Origin: an uncultured Flavobacteriaceae bacterium
GTDB lineage: Bacteria; Bacteroidota; Bacteroidia; NS11-12g; UBA955
DNA length: 43,888 nt
Direction of reading: 5' to 3'
Assembly (NCBI GenBank): GCA_964431045.1
Contig: CAYSIK010000001.1
Coordinates: 1-43,888, forward strand
Positions 32,440-41,496 of the stretch are shown in pieces (within the stretch, counting starts at the first letter, position 1; the number at the start of each line of letters is the position of its first letter). The translations under genes and the position numbers were made by a program. The notes under the pieces were generated by a model, which did not search any database, was not told where the DNA came from, and saw only the letters and a program-made list of their open reading frames with translations.

Positions 32440-35075
32440 AAGGTAATTTTATAACTGATATTGGGTAATAAAGGTAACATACTTACCTGGTAAAGTTTAC
32501 GGTTGCCTAACTTGTCGAATCCCGGATTAATGTAAAAAGGATTGAAACGGTTGTAAACATTAAAAACGCCCAGTGTCCAGTGCCGGCTATATCCTTTATG
32601 CTGTTTCTGCAGGGTAACACTAATGTCGAGACGGTGGTTATCTGCAGCACGGGCATTGTTACGGCTTTCATAGATAAAGATATCCCGGTAGGGATCGTTG
32701 GGTGTAGGCGAGCTGTATACAGCCACCGGTAAGGTATACGCAAAGCCACTGTTGAAAGTCCAGGCCGCATTGATATCGATGCCGGGTTTCCAGTGATAAA
32801 CGCCGGCCAGGTATACATTATGCCTTCTGTCGTAGCGGGAAGGAAACGAATGACCGTTATTTAAATCTGCAAACCAGCGGTTGTTCCACATCAGGGTGTA
32901 GGCCACCCATCCATTCAGTTTTCCGGATGTTTTCTCGGCCAGCAGTTCAATCCCATAGGCTTCTCCGTTTCCCGAAGTTACGGCATCCTCCCAGTTTGTT
33001 CCTGAAGTAACATATCCGGCGTTGTCTTTATACTCCAGAATATGGCTAAAACTGCGGTAAAACACATCCGAACTGAAAGACCATGCGGATTTACTTTGGG
33101 CATAACCCATGCTAATCTGGTCTGCCCTGCCGGGTTGAAACTGCCGGTTGCTGGGAACCCAAACATCCCCGGGAAGACCAAGTGTTAAATTGGTTAACAG
33201 ATGAAAAAACTGTCGGTTTCGGGTAGCCGAAGCATGCATGAAGCGGTTGTTGCCCAATCTGTATTTGATATTCAAACGGGGTTCGGGCATCACGAAGTAA
33301 TATGGATCCGGAAGTTTGAAGCTGCCCAGTCGCAGGCCGGCTGAGCCTATCCAGCGGCTTTTGCCATTATATTGGAGTTCCGAGTAGGTAAAATATTCGG
33401 GCACATTCAGTCGTGCGTCATTAAATATCAGTTCGCTTTCGGTATTGCTGATGCGGCTGTATTGTTTTCGGTTACCGGGTATAAAACGGTGGTTTGCGAT
33501 ACCTATTCCCTGCTCCCAAATCCATCCGGGCTGAATGCGCAGGCGCATTTCCCAGGCTGCTTCCATGTCCTGAATACCGTTTTCAAGCTCATATCGGGTA
33601 TAATCATCCACATTGGTCTGTGGGTTTAATTTGCTTTCCCTGCGAAACGAAAATTCACGGCTATATTCATAGCTGTAACGGGTAATATGGGCTCTGACAA
33701 GCCACTCAAGCCCGGTTCTGGCCTGGTAATTCCATTTAATGCCGGCCACATGGTTTCCCCATCCTGTCAGCTGTTTTTTGCGCTCCTGGGTGCTGATTTC
33801 AGGCTGGTCAGAAATGGAAGATTCATTCAGACCTCCAATATCCTGGCCCCTGTAAACCCCAGCAGTGATGCGGCTTTTGCTATTAAAGCGATGGGTAACC
33901 CGGGCATTGATATCCCAAAAATAATAAATGTTGTTGGGATTGATGCTGTCGCTGAGTTTCAGAAATGAGGCAGCCTGTGCAGCCAAAAGATCGATATAGC
34001 TGCGGCGCATGGAGAGGGTAAAGGTAGTACGGTCTTTCCAGATGGGACCCTCCAGAAAAATACGGCCGGAAAGCAGACCCACATTGGCAATCCCATGAAA
34101 TTGCCTTCTGTCACCTTCCTTGCTTTGCACCGAAATCACACTGCTCAAACGCCCGCCATACCGCGCGGGGAAACTGCCCTTCAGCAACCGCGCAGAGCGC
34201 AACGCATCGTCATTGAAAACAGAAAATACCCCAAACAGATGGTAACTGTTAAAGACTGGCACGTCATCCAGCAATACCAGATTCTGGTCTGCGGCACCAC
34301 CGCGCACATACATCCCCAGCATGCCTTCACTTCCCCCAACAACGCCGGGCAGCATGCTCAGGGTGCGCACCACATCAGGCTCTCCGAGCAGCTGTGGCAT
34401 CCAGCCAAGCCGTATACGGTTCATCTCGTGCTGGTCGGTCTGCCCCAGAACAAGAGACTGTAAACCCCGTCCTTTTAGCGCTTGTATTTGCACAGCATCC
34501 AGGGTTGTACTTTGCTTCAGCATTTCATACTGCAGGTTGTAATCACGGTCAATGTTCAGGGTATCAAAAATGGGGAAATACCCCGGATAGGTGATTTGCA
34601 GTATATGAATTCCCGCCGGAAGCCTCAGACTGAAAAATCCGGCGTCTGAGGTAGTTGTCATGTGGGGTTTTTGCGGGGTTCCCACCACGGCAGCACCGAT
34701 AAATTCACCATTACCGGCAGATAAAATCTTGCCCGAAATACGAAAACCATTTTCGGTATTGGATGGTAGTCGCTTCTTCAGGAAAATCTGGCTATTAGAT
34801 ACTTCATAGCGCAATCCGGCCGATGCCAGAAAGTCATGCAGGGCCTGAGAGGCACGCACATTTTGGTAGCGGAAGCTAAATTTTTTATCACTTGCAGGAG
34901 CAAGGGCAGCGTCGTATTGAAACGGCATACCTATTCGCTGTTCGAATCCCGAAATGGCTGTTGAAAATGAAACGTAATCGGCAGTGTAGTTTATGATTTG
35001 CGAAAGACCCTTGTCTTGTGCAAACAGCGCGTTAACTGCGAGCAAACAAGCATACAGGAAGGATAAGCCTCTCAC
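32436..35075 (-). CDS. TonB-dependent receptor with N-terminal STN-like and carboxypeptidase-regulatory-like domains
   Basis: GTG start and signal peptide MRGLSFLYACLLAVNALFAQ. STN-like segment ...RYQNVRASQALHDFLASAGLRYEVSNSQIFL. ISGKILSAGNGEFIGAAVV is CarboxypepD_reg-like. Plug region: PGVVGGSEG...YVRGG...DDVPV. The C-terminus is PNISYKITF. Confidence 0.85.
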   Translation of the reverse strand: MRGLSFLYACLLAVNALFAQDKGLSQIINYTADYVSFSTAISGFEQRIGMPFQYDAALAPASDKKFSFRYQNVRASQALHDFLASAGLRYEVSNSQIFLKKRLPSNTENGFRISGKILSAGNGEFIGAAVVGTPQKPHMTTTSDAGFFSLRLPAGIHILQITYPGYFPIFDTLNIDRDYNLQYEMLKQSTTLDAVQIQALKGRGLQSLVLGQTDQHEMNRIRLGWMPQLLGEPDVVRTLSMLPGVVGGSEGMLGMYVRGGAADQNLVLLDDVPVFNSYHLFGVFSVFNDDALRSARLLKGSFPARYGGRLSSVISVQSKEGDRRQFHGIANVGLLSGRIFLEGPIWKDRTTFTLSMRRSYIDLLAAQAASFLKLSDSINPNNIYYFWDINARVTHRFNSKSRITAGVYRGQDIGGLNESSISDQPEISTQERKKQLTGWGNHVAGIKWNYQARTGLEWLVRAHITRYSYEYSREFSFRRESKLNPQTNVDDYTRYELENGIQDMEAAWEMRLRIQPGWIWEQGIGIANHRFIPGNRKQYSRISNTESELIFNDARLNVPEYFTYSELQYNGKSRWIGSAGLRLGSFKLPDPYYFVMPEPRLNIKYRLGNNRFMHASATRNRQFFHLLTNLTLGLPGDVWVPSNRQFQPGRADQISMGYAQSKSAWSFSSDVFYRSFSHILEYKDNAGYVTSGTNWEDAVTSGNGEAYGIELLAEKTSGKLNGWVAYTLMWNNRWFADLNNGHSFPSRYDRRHNVYLAGVYHWKPGIDINAAWTFNSGFAYTLPVAVYSSPTPNDPYRDIFIYESRNNARAADNHRLDISVTLQKQHKGYSRHWTLGVFNVYNRFNPFYINPGFDKLGNRKLYQVSMLPLLPNISYKITF

Positions 35076-35121
35076 GAGGTAAAATTAAAACAAAAAGGGG
35101 ATTGCCTGAACAGTCAGTAGC

Positions 35122-35889
35122 TTACTTTTTTTGGCTGTCTGCGTAATTAAAAACTTTTTTAAGCAGTGCCGTACCTCTCTCCACAGGATTGGCGCGTATG
35201 GCGTTTTCCTGCTGCTCTATTTCCTGAAACAACGCCACAGTGGCTATTTCGGTCACATAAGCATTAAGATCTGGGTTGATATCCTGTTTGATACCCAGCA
35301 GGGTTTTGTTGAGCGGCTTATTGATTTCACGGATCACAGGGTTCCAGTATTCCGTAATTTTCACCTCATTCAGTGCTTGCTGAATAGTGGGTTTGAAAGC
35401 TTGCTGCAATGCCGACGATGTGGTGTTTCTCAGATACTGCGTGGCTGCACCATTTCCACCGCGAAGGATACCCATTGCATCGGAGAATGACATGTTCATA
35501 ACGGCATCTTTAAAGATGGGCATGGCCTTACCCATGGCGTTTTCTGCACCCTCATTCATGGCTTTTACCGCTTTATCCAGTTGTCCGCCAATAGCGGCAT
35601 TCAGTACTGCATTGTTGCGAATTTTGCTTTCAAGATTGCGAACTTCCGGCGGCAACAGAATTTTTAGTGCCGCATTTTGAAAAAACGCACCGGGCTTGTT
35701 CAGTGAAGAAGTGCCTTTGCCAACACCGTTTACGAGCGCCTCTTTCAGCCCTGAGGCAACCTCCGTCTGTGTGGGTATTGTATTTTCCGCGGTTGGCAAA
35801 TTGATTTGAACCGGCAATTGATTAAGGGTATCACAACCGGGCATCAGCGCGATTGCGGCAATAGCTGGTATAAGGATATGAATTTTCAT
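35122..35889 (-). CDS. DUF4197 domain lipoprotein
   Basis: Lipobox LMPGC. ASGLKEAL...ALKILLPPE...AMPIFKDAVMNMSFSDAMGILRGGNGAATQYLRNTTSSAL matches my recollection of the DUF4197 consensus. Confidence 0.7.
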   Translation of the reverse strand: MKIHILIPAIAAIALMPGCDTLNQLPVQINLPTAENTIPTQTEVASGLKEALVNGVGKGTSSLNKPGAFFQNAALKILLPPEVRNLESKIRNNAVLNAAIGGQLDKAVKAMNEGAENAMGKAMPIFKDAVMNMSFSDAMGILRGGNGAATQYLRNTTSSALQQAFKPTIQQALNEVKITEYWNPVIREINKPLNKTLLGIKQDINPDLNAYVTEIATVALFQEIEQQENAIRANPVERGTALLKKVFNYADSQKK

Positions 35890-35903
35890 TGTGAATGTTA
35901 AAT

Positions 35904-35911
35904 CAAATTTA
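35904..35911 (-). promoter_or_regulatory. -7 box TAAATTTG (minus strand) for the DUF4197-TBDR-DUF4249 gene string
   Basis: The plus strand reads caaattta, 14 nt upstream of ATG 35889. Confidence 0.4.
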
Positions 35912-35919
35912 GTACCACG

Positions 35920-35938
35920 ATAACAACAGGTTTGTTAT
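35920..35938. promoter_or_regulatory. Palindrome ATAACAA-N5-TTGTTAT between the GtrA stop and the DUF4197 promoter (operator or weak terminator)
   Basis: Perfect 7-bp arms. It lies 8 nt upstream of the -7 box and 1 nt after the GtrA stop codon. Confidence 0.35.
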
Positions 35939-35939
35939 C

Positions 35940-36437
35940 TCAGTAAATTTTACCCTCGTCCTCCGGGAATATTATGTCAGCAGGCTCTTTGAAAACCCAC
36001 CATTTCTGGCCGATAAAATTAACCACCATACCCACAACCGTAGCCCCGATCACTGCCAGAAATTTATCCAGTTTAATGGTGAAGAATGGCTTTTGAATCG
36101 CCTGCTCCGTATGCACTATCAGCATTTGAAATTCGTTGTCGGGAAGCCATTGCAGAAACAGTTCATTGGACAACACATTCAGCAATCCGCTAACGCTGTA
36201 AAGTGCTATGTAACGGGTAAAGCGCTTTGCATCTCGGTTGTTTTGGCCCCAGGTCCAGGTCTTGTTGAGGTAGTAATTAAACAGCGTGGACGACACCACA
36301 CTCAGGGATTTAGCCACAAATGTGGGCATCCAGGGCAGCATGGTAAGTCCGTAGTAAATGCTGAGATCCATTCCAAAACACATGGCACCCACAATACCAA
36401 ATTTGGTGAGTTCTATATAGGTTTCGCGGGAAATCAT
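35940..36437 (-). CDS. GtrA family membrane protein
   Basis: 165 aa with four hydrophobic segments. FGIVGAMCFGMDLSIYYGL and YLNKTWTWG are typical GtrA-like signatures. Confidence 0.72.
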   Translation of the reverse strand: MISRETYIELTKFGIVGAMCFGMDLSIYYGLTMLPWMPTFVAKSLSVVSSTLFNYYLNKTWTWGQNNRDAKRFTRYIALYSVSGLLNVLSNELFLQWLPDNEFQMLIVHTEQAIQKPFFTIKLDKFLAVIGATVVGMVVNFIGQKWWVFKEPADIIFPEDEGKIY

Positions 36438-36441
36438 GATT

Positions 36442-37338
36442 TTACAGCTGCTGGGTCAGTTTTCCGTTTTCAAAAGTACAGTCGGCACCCATGAAGAAAC
36501 AAGCATTTTTTGGGGTATGCCCTGCGGGAAAATAAAAAACGGCAGGAACTCCTGTATTTTTCATATGATGCCGGATGATTTCTTCTGCGGTATGCCCAAA
36601 TGGAATGGTGTTGTCTTTCATATCTGTCATGCCGCCTACAACCAATCCTGCAAGGTTTTTAAGCAATCCAGCCCTCTTTAGTGCCATCATCATGCGGTCT
36701 ATGTGATAGAGATATTCATCAAGATCTTCCAAAAATAATACAGCATTTGTGGTATCCGGCTGTTCGGGGGTTCCGAGTGCCGCATACACCAGACTGAGGT
36801 TTCCTCCCATGATTTTTCCTGAAAATCTCAATGGATGTTCTTTGGTTGAATCTGAAAAATCTATTTCAACTTGTAGCTTAAATAAGGCTTCCTCTACCTG
36901 CAGAATATTTTCTCGGGTATACTCATTCTCTATACCCCAGTGTATAGCCATTGGACCGTGCAGGGTAGGTATTCCCAATTTGTTGAGATGCAGGTGCAGG
37001 GTGGTTATATCGCTGAAACCAATCAGCCATTTGGACCCGGATTTCCAGTCAACATCCTCAAGTAATTCCAGCATTTGCACACAGCCATAACCACCGCGGG
37101 CACAAAAAATGGCTTTTATCTCCGGGTTTTGCCATGAATCACGGAGGTCAGCAGCGCGCTCCTCAGCAGTTCCTGAAAACTGATGGTGGCGGCCATAAAG
37201 GTGTTTTCCCTCCTCAAGAATCAGGTTTTTTTCCTCGCACCAGACTGCGAAAGCCAACATTTCCTCTTTGCTTACGGCTCTGGCGGGCGCAATAAGGGCA
37301 ACATGGTCTCCGGGTTTTAAAGCGGTTAGGCTTCCCAA
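36442..37338 (-). CDS. LD-carboxypeptidase (peptidase S66, LdcA-like)
   Basis: LKPGDHVALIAPA..., GFSDITTLH (nucleophile Ser) and a C-terminal GH motif. TTG start, and overlap with the xseB stop by 13 nt. Confidence 0.78.
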   Translation of the reverse strand: MGSLTALKPGDHVALIAPARAVSKEEMLAFAVWCEEKNLILEEGKHLYGRHHQFSGTAEERAADLRDSWQNPEIKAIFCARGGYGCVQMLELLEDVDWKSGSKWLIGFSDITTLHLHLNKLGIPTLHGPMAIHWGIENEYTRENILQVEEALFKLQVEIDFSDSTKEHPLRFSGKIMGGNLSLVYAALGTPEQPDTTNAVLFLEDLDEYLYHIDRMMMALKRAGLLKNLAGLVVGGMTDMKDNTIPFGHTAEEIIRHHMKNTGVPAVFYFPAGHTPKNACFFMGADCTFENGKLTQQL

Positions 37339-37517
37339 TTTTTAATGATTTTTTCGGTTTCTGTAAGTTTTTTCAGCGAATTTTGAATCAGTTCCTTGGC
37401 TTCCTGCAGGGTGGATTCCAGCTCATCAATGCCAATTTTACCGCTTTCAAGATCCTTCATAATGTTGTCCAGCCGTTTTTTGGCGGCTTCATAAGAGAAT
37501 GTATCTTTAGTTGTCAT
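37326..37517 (-). CDS. xseB: Exodeoxyribonuclease VII small subunit
   Basis: 63 aa. FSYEAAKKRLDNIMKDLESGKIGIDELESTLQEAKELIQ. It overlaps the end of xseA. Confidence 0.85.
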   Translation of the reverse strand: MTTKDTFSYEAAKKRLDNIMKDLESGKIGIDELESTLQEAKELIQNSLKKLTETEKIIKNWEA

Positions 37518-38712
37518 TTTTCGTAATCAAGGCCTGCGAATATCCGTCTGAAAAGCGAATTTCCACATTGTCATTTTCAGAAACTTGCTGACGTGAAGTT
37601 ACAATGCGGCCATTTTTGGAAATCAGTGTAAATCCCATTTCCAAAGTTTTGCCAGGATGCAGCATATCTACGTGTTTTTCGGCCTGTAATAATTTATTTT
37701 TTTCTGATTCGAGTAGCCACGATGCGGCTGTTTTCAATCTTCTGGCAGCATCGTTTGCCTGTTGTTTGCCGGCCTCCAGAAAACGGGCAGCCGCGTTTCC
37801 GATGCGGGTTTGCCCGTCCTGCAGCCAGCTCAGAAAAGCCAGATTGTGCTCTGTAATGGCGGCAGCACAACGCGTGGGGGTTTTTAGCATGGTATGTCCC
37901 ACTACATCGGCCACGCTGATATTTCGGTCGTGACCAATGCCGGTGAGAACGGGCCTGGGGCAATCTGCAATGGTTTTGGCCAGTTCGTAATCGTCAAATG
38001 CCGTAAGGTCTGTATTGCTGCCACCACCTCTAACCATGGCAATCACGTCAAATTCAGCTGCCCTGGCAACGATGTTGTTAAGTTGCTTTAACAGTTCTCT
38101 CGCCGCATTCTGACCCTGAACCGATGCGGGGAACTCTTCCACTTCATAAGCAATGTTCCAGGTATTTTCCTGCAGTTCTTTCAAAAAATCGCGGCGCCCG
38201 TCGCTGCCGGGGGCAGCAATCAGTGCCACCCGTTGCATTACCATGGCTTTGTTCAGCAATTGATTGGCAGAAACATAATCACCGTCTTCCAGCCACACCA
38301 GGTGTGGCACATCATAGGCCAGTTTGCGCAATACCTTTTCGCGCTCCTGCTCCATTTTGCCCAGGGTGTAGGCGGTGTCAATATCAACGATATTCAGCCG
38401 GAGTCCGTAGCGTTCGTGAAACTGAATTTCTACTTCCAGCACTACCTGCAGGTTTTGTTCGAAGGTAATTCCTGTTACATTTTCAAATTCTTTGATAAGG
38501 TTAAAATGATCCCGCCAGATGACCGCACCGGCTGCAGCGGCAATCTCGCTGCCCTGCTTTTCTACCAGGTTAAGAAATGCATATTGCCGGTTGTGGTAAA
38601 TTTTTACATCCGTGGTTTCGGCAATGATACGGAATGTATGCCCCGTAAAGCCTGCTTCCAGCGCCCTGCGTACACCGCCCATCAGATCGGAAAGGTTCAT
38701 CCAGGGTTTCAT
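37507..38712 (-). CDS. xseA: Exodeoxyribonuclease VII large subunit
   Basis: 401 aa with an OB-fold N-terminus, IALIAAPGSDGRRDF, RGGGS and GIGHDRN blocks, and a coiled C-terminus. Confidence 0.9.
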   Translation of the reverse strand: MKPWMNLSDLMGGVRRALEAGFTGHTFRIIAETTDVKIYHNRQYAFLNLVEKQGSEIAAAAGAVIWRDHFNLIKEFENVTGITFEQNLQVVLEVEIQFHERYGLRLNIVDIDTAYTLGKMEQEREKVLRKLAYDVPHLVWLEDGDYVSANQLLNKAMVMQRVALIAAPGSDGRRDFLKELQENTWNIAYEVEEFPASVQGQNAARELLKQLNNIVARAAEFDVIAMVRGGGSNTDLTAFDDYELAKTIADCPRPVLTGIGHDRNISVADVVGHTMLKTPTRCAAAITEHNLAFLSWLQDGQTRIGNAAARFLEAGKQQANDAARRLKTAASWLLESEKNKLLQAEKHVDMLHPGKTLEMGFTLISKNGRIVTSRQQVSENDNVEIRFSDGYSQALITKNDN

Positions 38713-38756
38713 AGTGTCACATTTAGCGGTTTAAACAATTTACAGGAATTATACAT

Positions 38757-39386
38757 TCATTGCCCGATGGTATAATAAAACGTGGCCTTGCTAATTACAC
38801 TGGTCATCTCGTCATTGCGGGTTTCGCTGTATTTTTCAATGATGGGAAAACCTACTTTCTGTCGGAGTTTATCAAAAGGCGCTTTTAGGATATTCTGATG
38901 CAGGGACAGCGATTTCCCTGGTTCTGATGCGCACTGGTGGCGGAGGTAACTTCCGTCTGTAATGGTAAAAGCACTAAACCCGTTTGCAGTTATTGGTTTT
39001 TGAACCGGAATTCCGATAAAAACAATTGTTGGTACTGTTGCAGAAGGGGCTTCTTTTAATACGATGTGATAACCACCCGTAATAACAGCCTTGTTGTCAC
39101 TGACAGCCTTCATCATACCCGGCAATTGCTGTTTTAGCTGTTCCGGAATGTCTGCATAGCGGCAACTTACTTCTTTTCCCAGCAGATATATTTTCTGTAA
39201 TTCTATTTTATCGGTGATGTGGTGTTCCCCGGCTTCAATCACATCCGGTTGTACAGTATGCACCTTGGCAGTATCAGCGGAGGATTGCCTTACCGAAGAA
39301 TCCGCCTTGGTGGTTTTATCCGTGTTTACGGGGTTACAGGCGCAAGCAAACAGCGCGAGGAAGGTTGCCGGAATAACAATTCGCAT
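38757..39386 (-). CDS. Hypothetical lipoprotein
   Basis: Lipobox-like signal MRIVIPATFLALFACAC. No motif recognised. Confidence 0.5.
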   Translation of the reverse strand: MRIVIPATFLALFACACNPVNTDKTTKADSSVRQSSADTAKVHTVQPDVIEAGEHHITDKIELQKIYLLGKEVSCRYADIPEQLKQQLPGMMKAVSDNKAVITGGYHIVLKEAPSATVPTIVFIGIPVQKPITANGFSAFTITDGSYLRHQCASEPGKSLSLHQNILKAPFDKLRQKVGFPIIEKYSETRNDEMTSVISKATFYYTIGQ

Positions 39387-39484
39387 CAGACTTCAAAATA
39401 AGTACGAAGAACGTACACAACAAAGTCATTTTTCAATGTGCAGATTCTGTGTAAAAGGCAGATTCGGGTTTGCCTAAATATGGG

Positions 39485-39492
39485 TAACTTTG
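39485..39492 (+). promoter_or_regulatory. -7 box TAACTTTG upstream of purS
   Basis: TAnnTTTG match only 4 nt before GTG 39497. This implies a leaderless or near-leaderless transcript, or use of another promoter. Confidence 0.3.
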
Positions 39493-39496
39493 CCTT

Positions 39497-39748
39497 GTGA
39501 AATTTTTCGCAGAAATTGAAATCATGCCCAAAAAAGGGTTGCTGGACCCCCAGGGTAAGGCAGTTACGCACAGCATGTCTTCCATAGGACTGCCGCAGGT
39601 AAGCGAAGTACGCGTTGGTAAATTCATCACGATGGAAATGGAAGCAGCAGATGAGGCGGCGGCTTTCGCCGCAGCCGAAACTGCCTGTAAAAAGCTCCTT
39701 GCCAACCTCATCATGGAAAGCTACCACATCCGCGTAAAAGCGCTGTAA
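39497..39748 (+). CDS. purS: Phosphoribosylformylglycinamidine synthase subunit PurS
   Basis: 83 aa from a GTG start. KFFAEIEIMPKKGLLDPQGKAVTHSMSSIGL...VRVGKFITMEMEA is the PurS fold signature. Confidence 0.85.
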   Translation: MKFFAEIEIMPKKGLLDPQGKAVTHSMSSIGLPQVSEVRVGKFITMEMEAADEAAAFAAAETACKKLLANLIMESYHIRVKAL

Positions 39749-40056
39749 TGGTTGTCTACAACGTCACCTGTCACATTTCATCCGATATGGAAGCCGAGTG
39801 GCTAAGTTGGATGCGTGGTGAGCATTTGCCGGAGGTCATGTCCACCGGTTGTTTTCTGGAAGTGAAAATGATGCGCCTGCTTACCCAGGCCGATGATGAC
39901 GAAGGGGTTAACATCGCCGTTCAATATACAGCTCAAAGCATGGTTGATTATGAGCGCTACCGCGACAATTTTGCTCCCGCCCTACAGGCCAAAACCCGCG
40001 AAAAATATGGCGATAGAGTACTTGCCTACCGAAGTTTGCTTGAGGTGATTGGATAG
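39748..40056 (+). CDS. DUF4286 family protein
   Basis: MVVYNVTCHISSDMEAEWLSWMRGEHLPEVMSTGCF... matches my recollection of the DUF4286 N-terminus. TAATG overlap with purS. Confidence 0.7.
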   Translation: MVVYNVTCHISSDMEAEWLSWMRGEHLPEVMSTGCFLEVKMMRLLTQADDDEGVNIAVQYTAQSMVDYERYRDNFAPALQAKTREKYGDRVLAYRSLLEVIG

Positions 40057-40129
40057 AACCAAACCCTTCACAACTCCCTTTTTGGTCTCATTTTAAAAAG
40101 ATTGTCAGCCTTGTCAGGACGGGACCCAC

Positions 40130-40158
40130 TACTAAACCAATAAACAAGTAAACTACAA
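40130..40158. repeat. 8-bp-period WWTAAACN array at the 3' end of the cyclophilin gene (related to 14752-14800)
   Basis: tactaaac/caataaac/aagtaaac/tacaatt. It is preceded by caggacgggac (40115-40125), which also occurs at 14574-14584. Confidence 0.6.
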
Positions 40159-41046
40159 TTACGGCAAAACCTTCACCGACAATATCCGAATGTCCTTTAC
40201 CGGCCTGTCTCCCTCTCCGGTCTCTGCTGTTTGCAATGCATCCAGTACCGCATAGCCTTTCGTAACAAACCCGAAAACCGTATAATCCTGATCCAGAAAT
40301 GGGGAACCTCCCCAGGTTGCATATATTTGTTTTACCCGCTGGGGCATGCTCTGGTAGGCTTTTTCAACCATAGGACCCACTTTCTTCTCGAGTTCACTCT
40401 GTAATTCCTGGAGTGCTGCACCATCCTGGCGTTGCGAAGCTACCTGATAGCGCATCTGGTATGAAATGTTTTCGGGATCCTGCATGAATTTCATAAAGGC
40501 CTTCTGCCGCAGAACATCTTTCATTTCTGCAGTATTGACAGATTTGCCGCTAACGATGTAAAACTGACTGCCTGAGCTTTTGCGCTCCGGGTTTACCTCA
40601 TCGCCCTGTCTGGCGGCTGCCAGCGCACCTTTGAAATGATAGAGCGTGTCGCAGATTTCGGCATCAAGTGTGTAGCCCGGACCTCCCTGTCCCAGCATAG
40701 CCCCCGGTTTGGCGCCCTTGCTTTCAGGATCACCTCCCTGCACCATAAATTCTTTAATTATGCGGTGAAAAAGGGTTCCCTCGTAATAGCGGCTTTTTAC
40801 CAGTTTCAGGAAATTGTCGCGGTGTTTGGGTGTGGCATTAAACAGGGCGAGTTCAATTTTTCCGAGGTCTGTAACCATTTCCACCTTTGTATATTGGGCC
40901 ATGGCTGCTGTATCGGGGGCCAGCGGTTTAAAGTTTTCCTCAAGGGCTTTTCGTGTACTGTCCACCTGGTCTGTTTTGCTGTTTTTAGGCTGACAGGATG
41001 AAACGGCAACAAGCAATACTGCCGCAATAAATGGATATAGTTTCAT
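40159..41046 (-). CDS. Peptidylprolyl isomerase, cyclophilin type, lipoprotein with an inserted helical segment
   Basis: Lipobox VAVSSC. FHRIIKEFMVQGGDP, GSQFYIV and TVFGFV are cyclophilin blocks. Confidence 0.85.
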   Translation of the reverse strand: MKLYPFIAAVLLVAVSSCQPKNSKTDQVDSTRKALEENFKPLAPDTAAMAQYTKVEMVTDLGKIELALFNATPKHRDNFLKLVKSRYYEGTLFHRIIKEFMVQGGDPESKGAKPGAMLGQGGPGYTLDAEICDTLYHFKGALAAARQGDEVNPERKSSGSQFYIVSGKSVNTAEMKDVLRQKAFMKFMQDPENISYQMRYQVASQRQDGAALQELQSELEKKVGPMVEKAYQSMPQRVKQIYATWGGSPFLDQDYTVFGFVTKGYAVLDALQTAETGEGDRPVKDIRILSVKVLP

Positions 41047-41417
41047 AGGGTGAATGTGATTATTTCTTCCTTCTCAAAATATTCAATAACATGCTGTCTA
41101 AGCACATGTTCCTGCTCTATCAGGGTAAGGTTAGGCAAGGGCTTCAGGTTTTCCCATACAGGCCATCCCTTTTTATCGTGTCCATTCATTCGATAGTAAC
41201 CCGAATAGCTGAAAAGCTTGCAGTTGGCCATATGCATGAGGTATGTTTTTTCTTCCTTGGTAAACTTTTTTTCGGGCAGTTCGCCCAATTCGCGGATACC
41301 GATGAGAAACAAAATGGCATTTAAATCCGGTTTTTTATCAAATTGATTTTCGAAAAAAACCATTACCTGAGACCATTTCAGGCGTATTTCATCGTTGAGG
41401 GACAGTCCGCTTTCCAC
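41043..41417 (-). CDS. Conserved hypothetical protein
   Basis: 124-aa ORF with a GTG start and a 4-nt overlap with the cyclophilin start. No motif recognised. Confidence 0.45.
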   Translation of the reverse strand: MESGLSLNDEIRLKWSQVMVFFENQFDKKPDLNAILFLIGIRELGELPEKKFTKEEKTYLMHMANCKLFSYSGYYRMNGHDKKGWPVWENLKPLPNLTLIEQEHVLRQHVIEYFEKEEIITFTL

Positions 41418-41480
41418 ACGGCAAATTTCGGGTATTTATGACGTATTGGCGCATTTAATACAGATGCTTTTACAAATTCG

Positions 41481-41488
41481 TATTTTTG
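41481..41488 (+). promoter_or_regulatory. -7 box TATTTTTG for the GH3-family ligase gene
   Basis: TAnnTTTG match 8 nt upstream of ATG 41497. Confidence 0.45.
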
Positions 41489-41496
41489 CCACAACA

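Noticed and set aside
39440-39465. Direct repeat gcagattc (39440-39447 and 39458-39465) upstream of purS as a purine regulator site or riboswitch
   Set aside because: It is only 8 bp and a single pair. There are no purine-riboswitch-like conserved loops, and the leader is too short (57 nt) to hold one.
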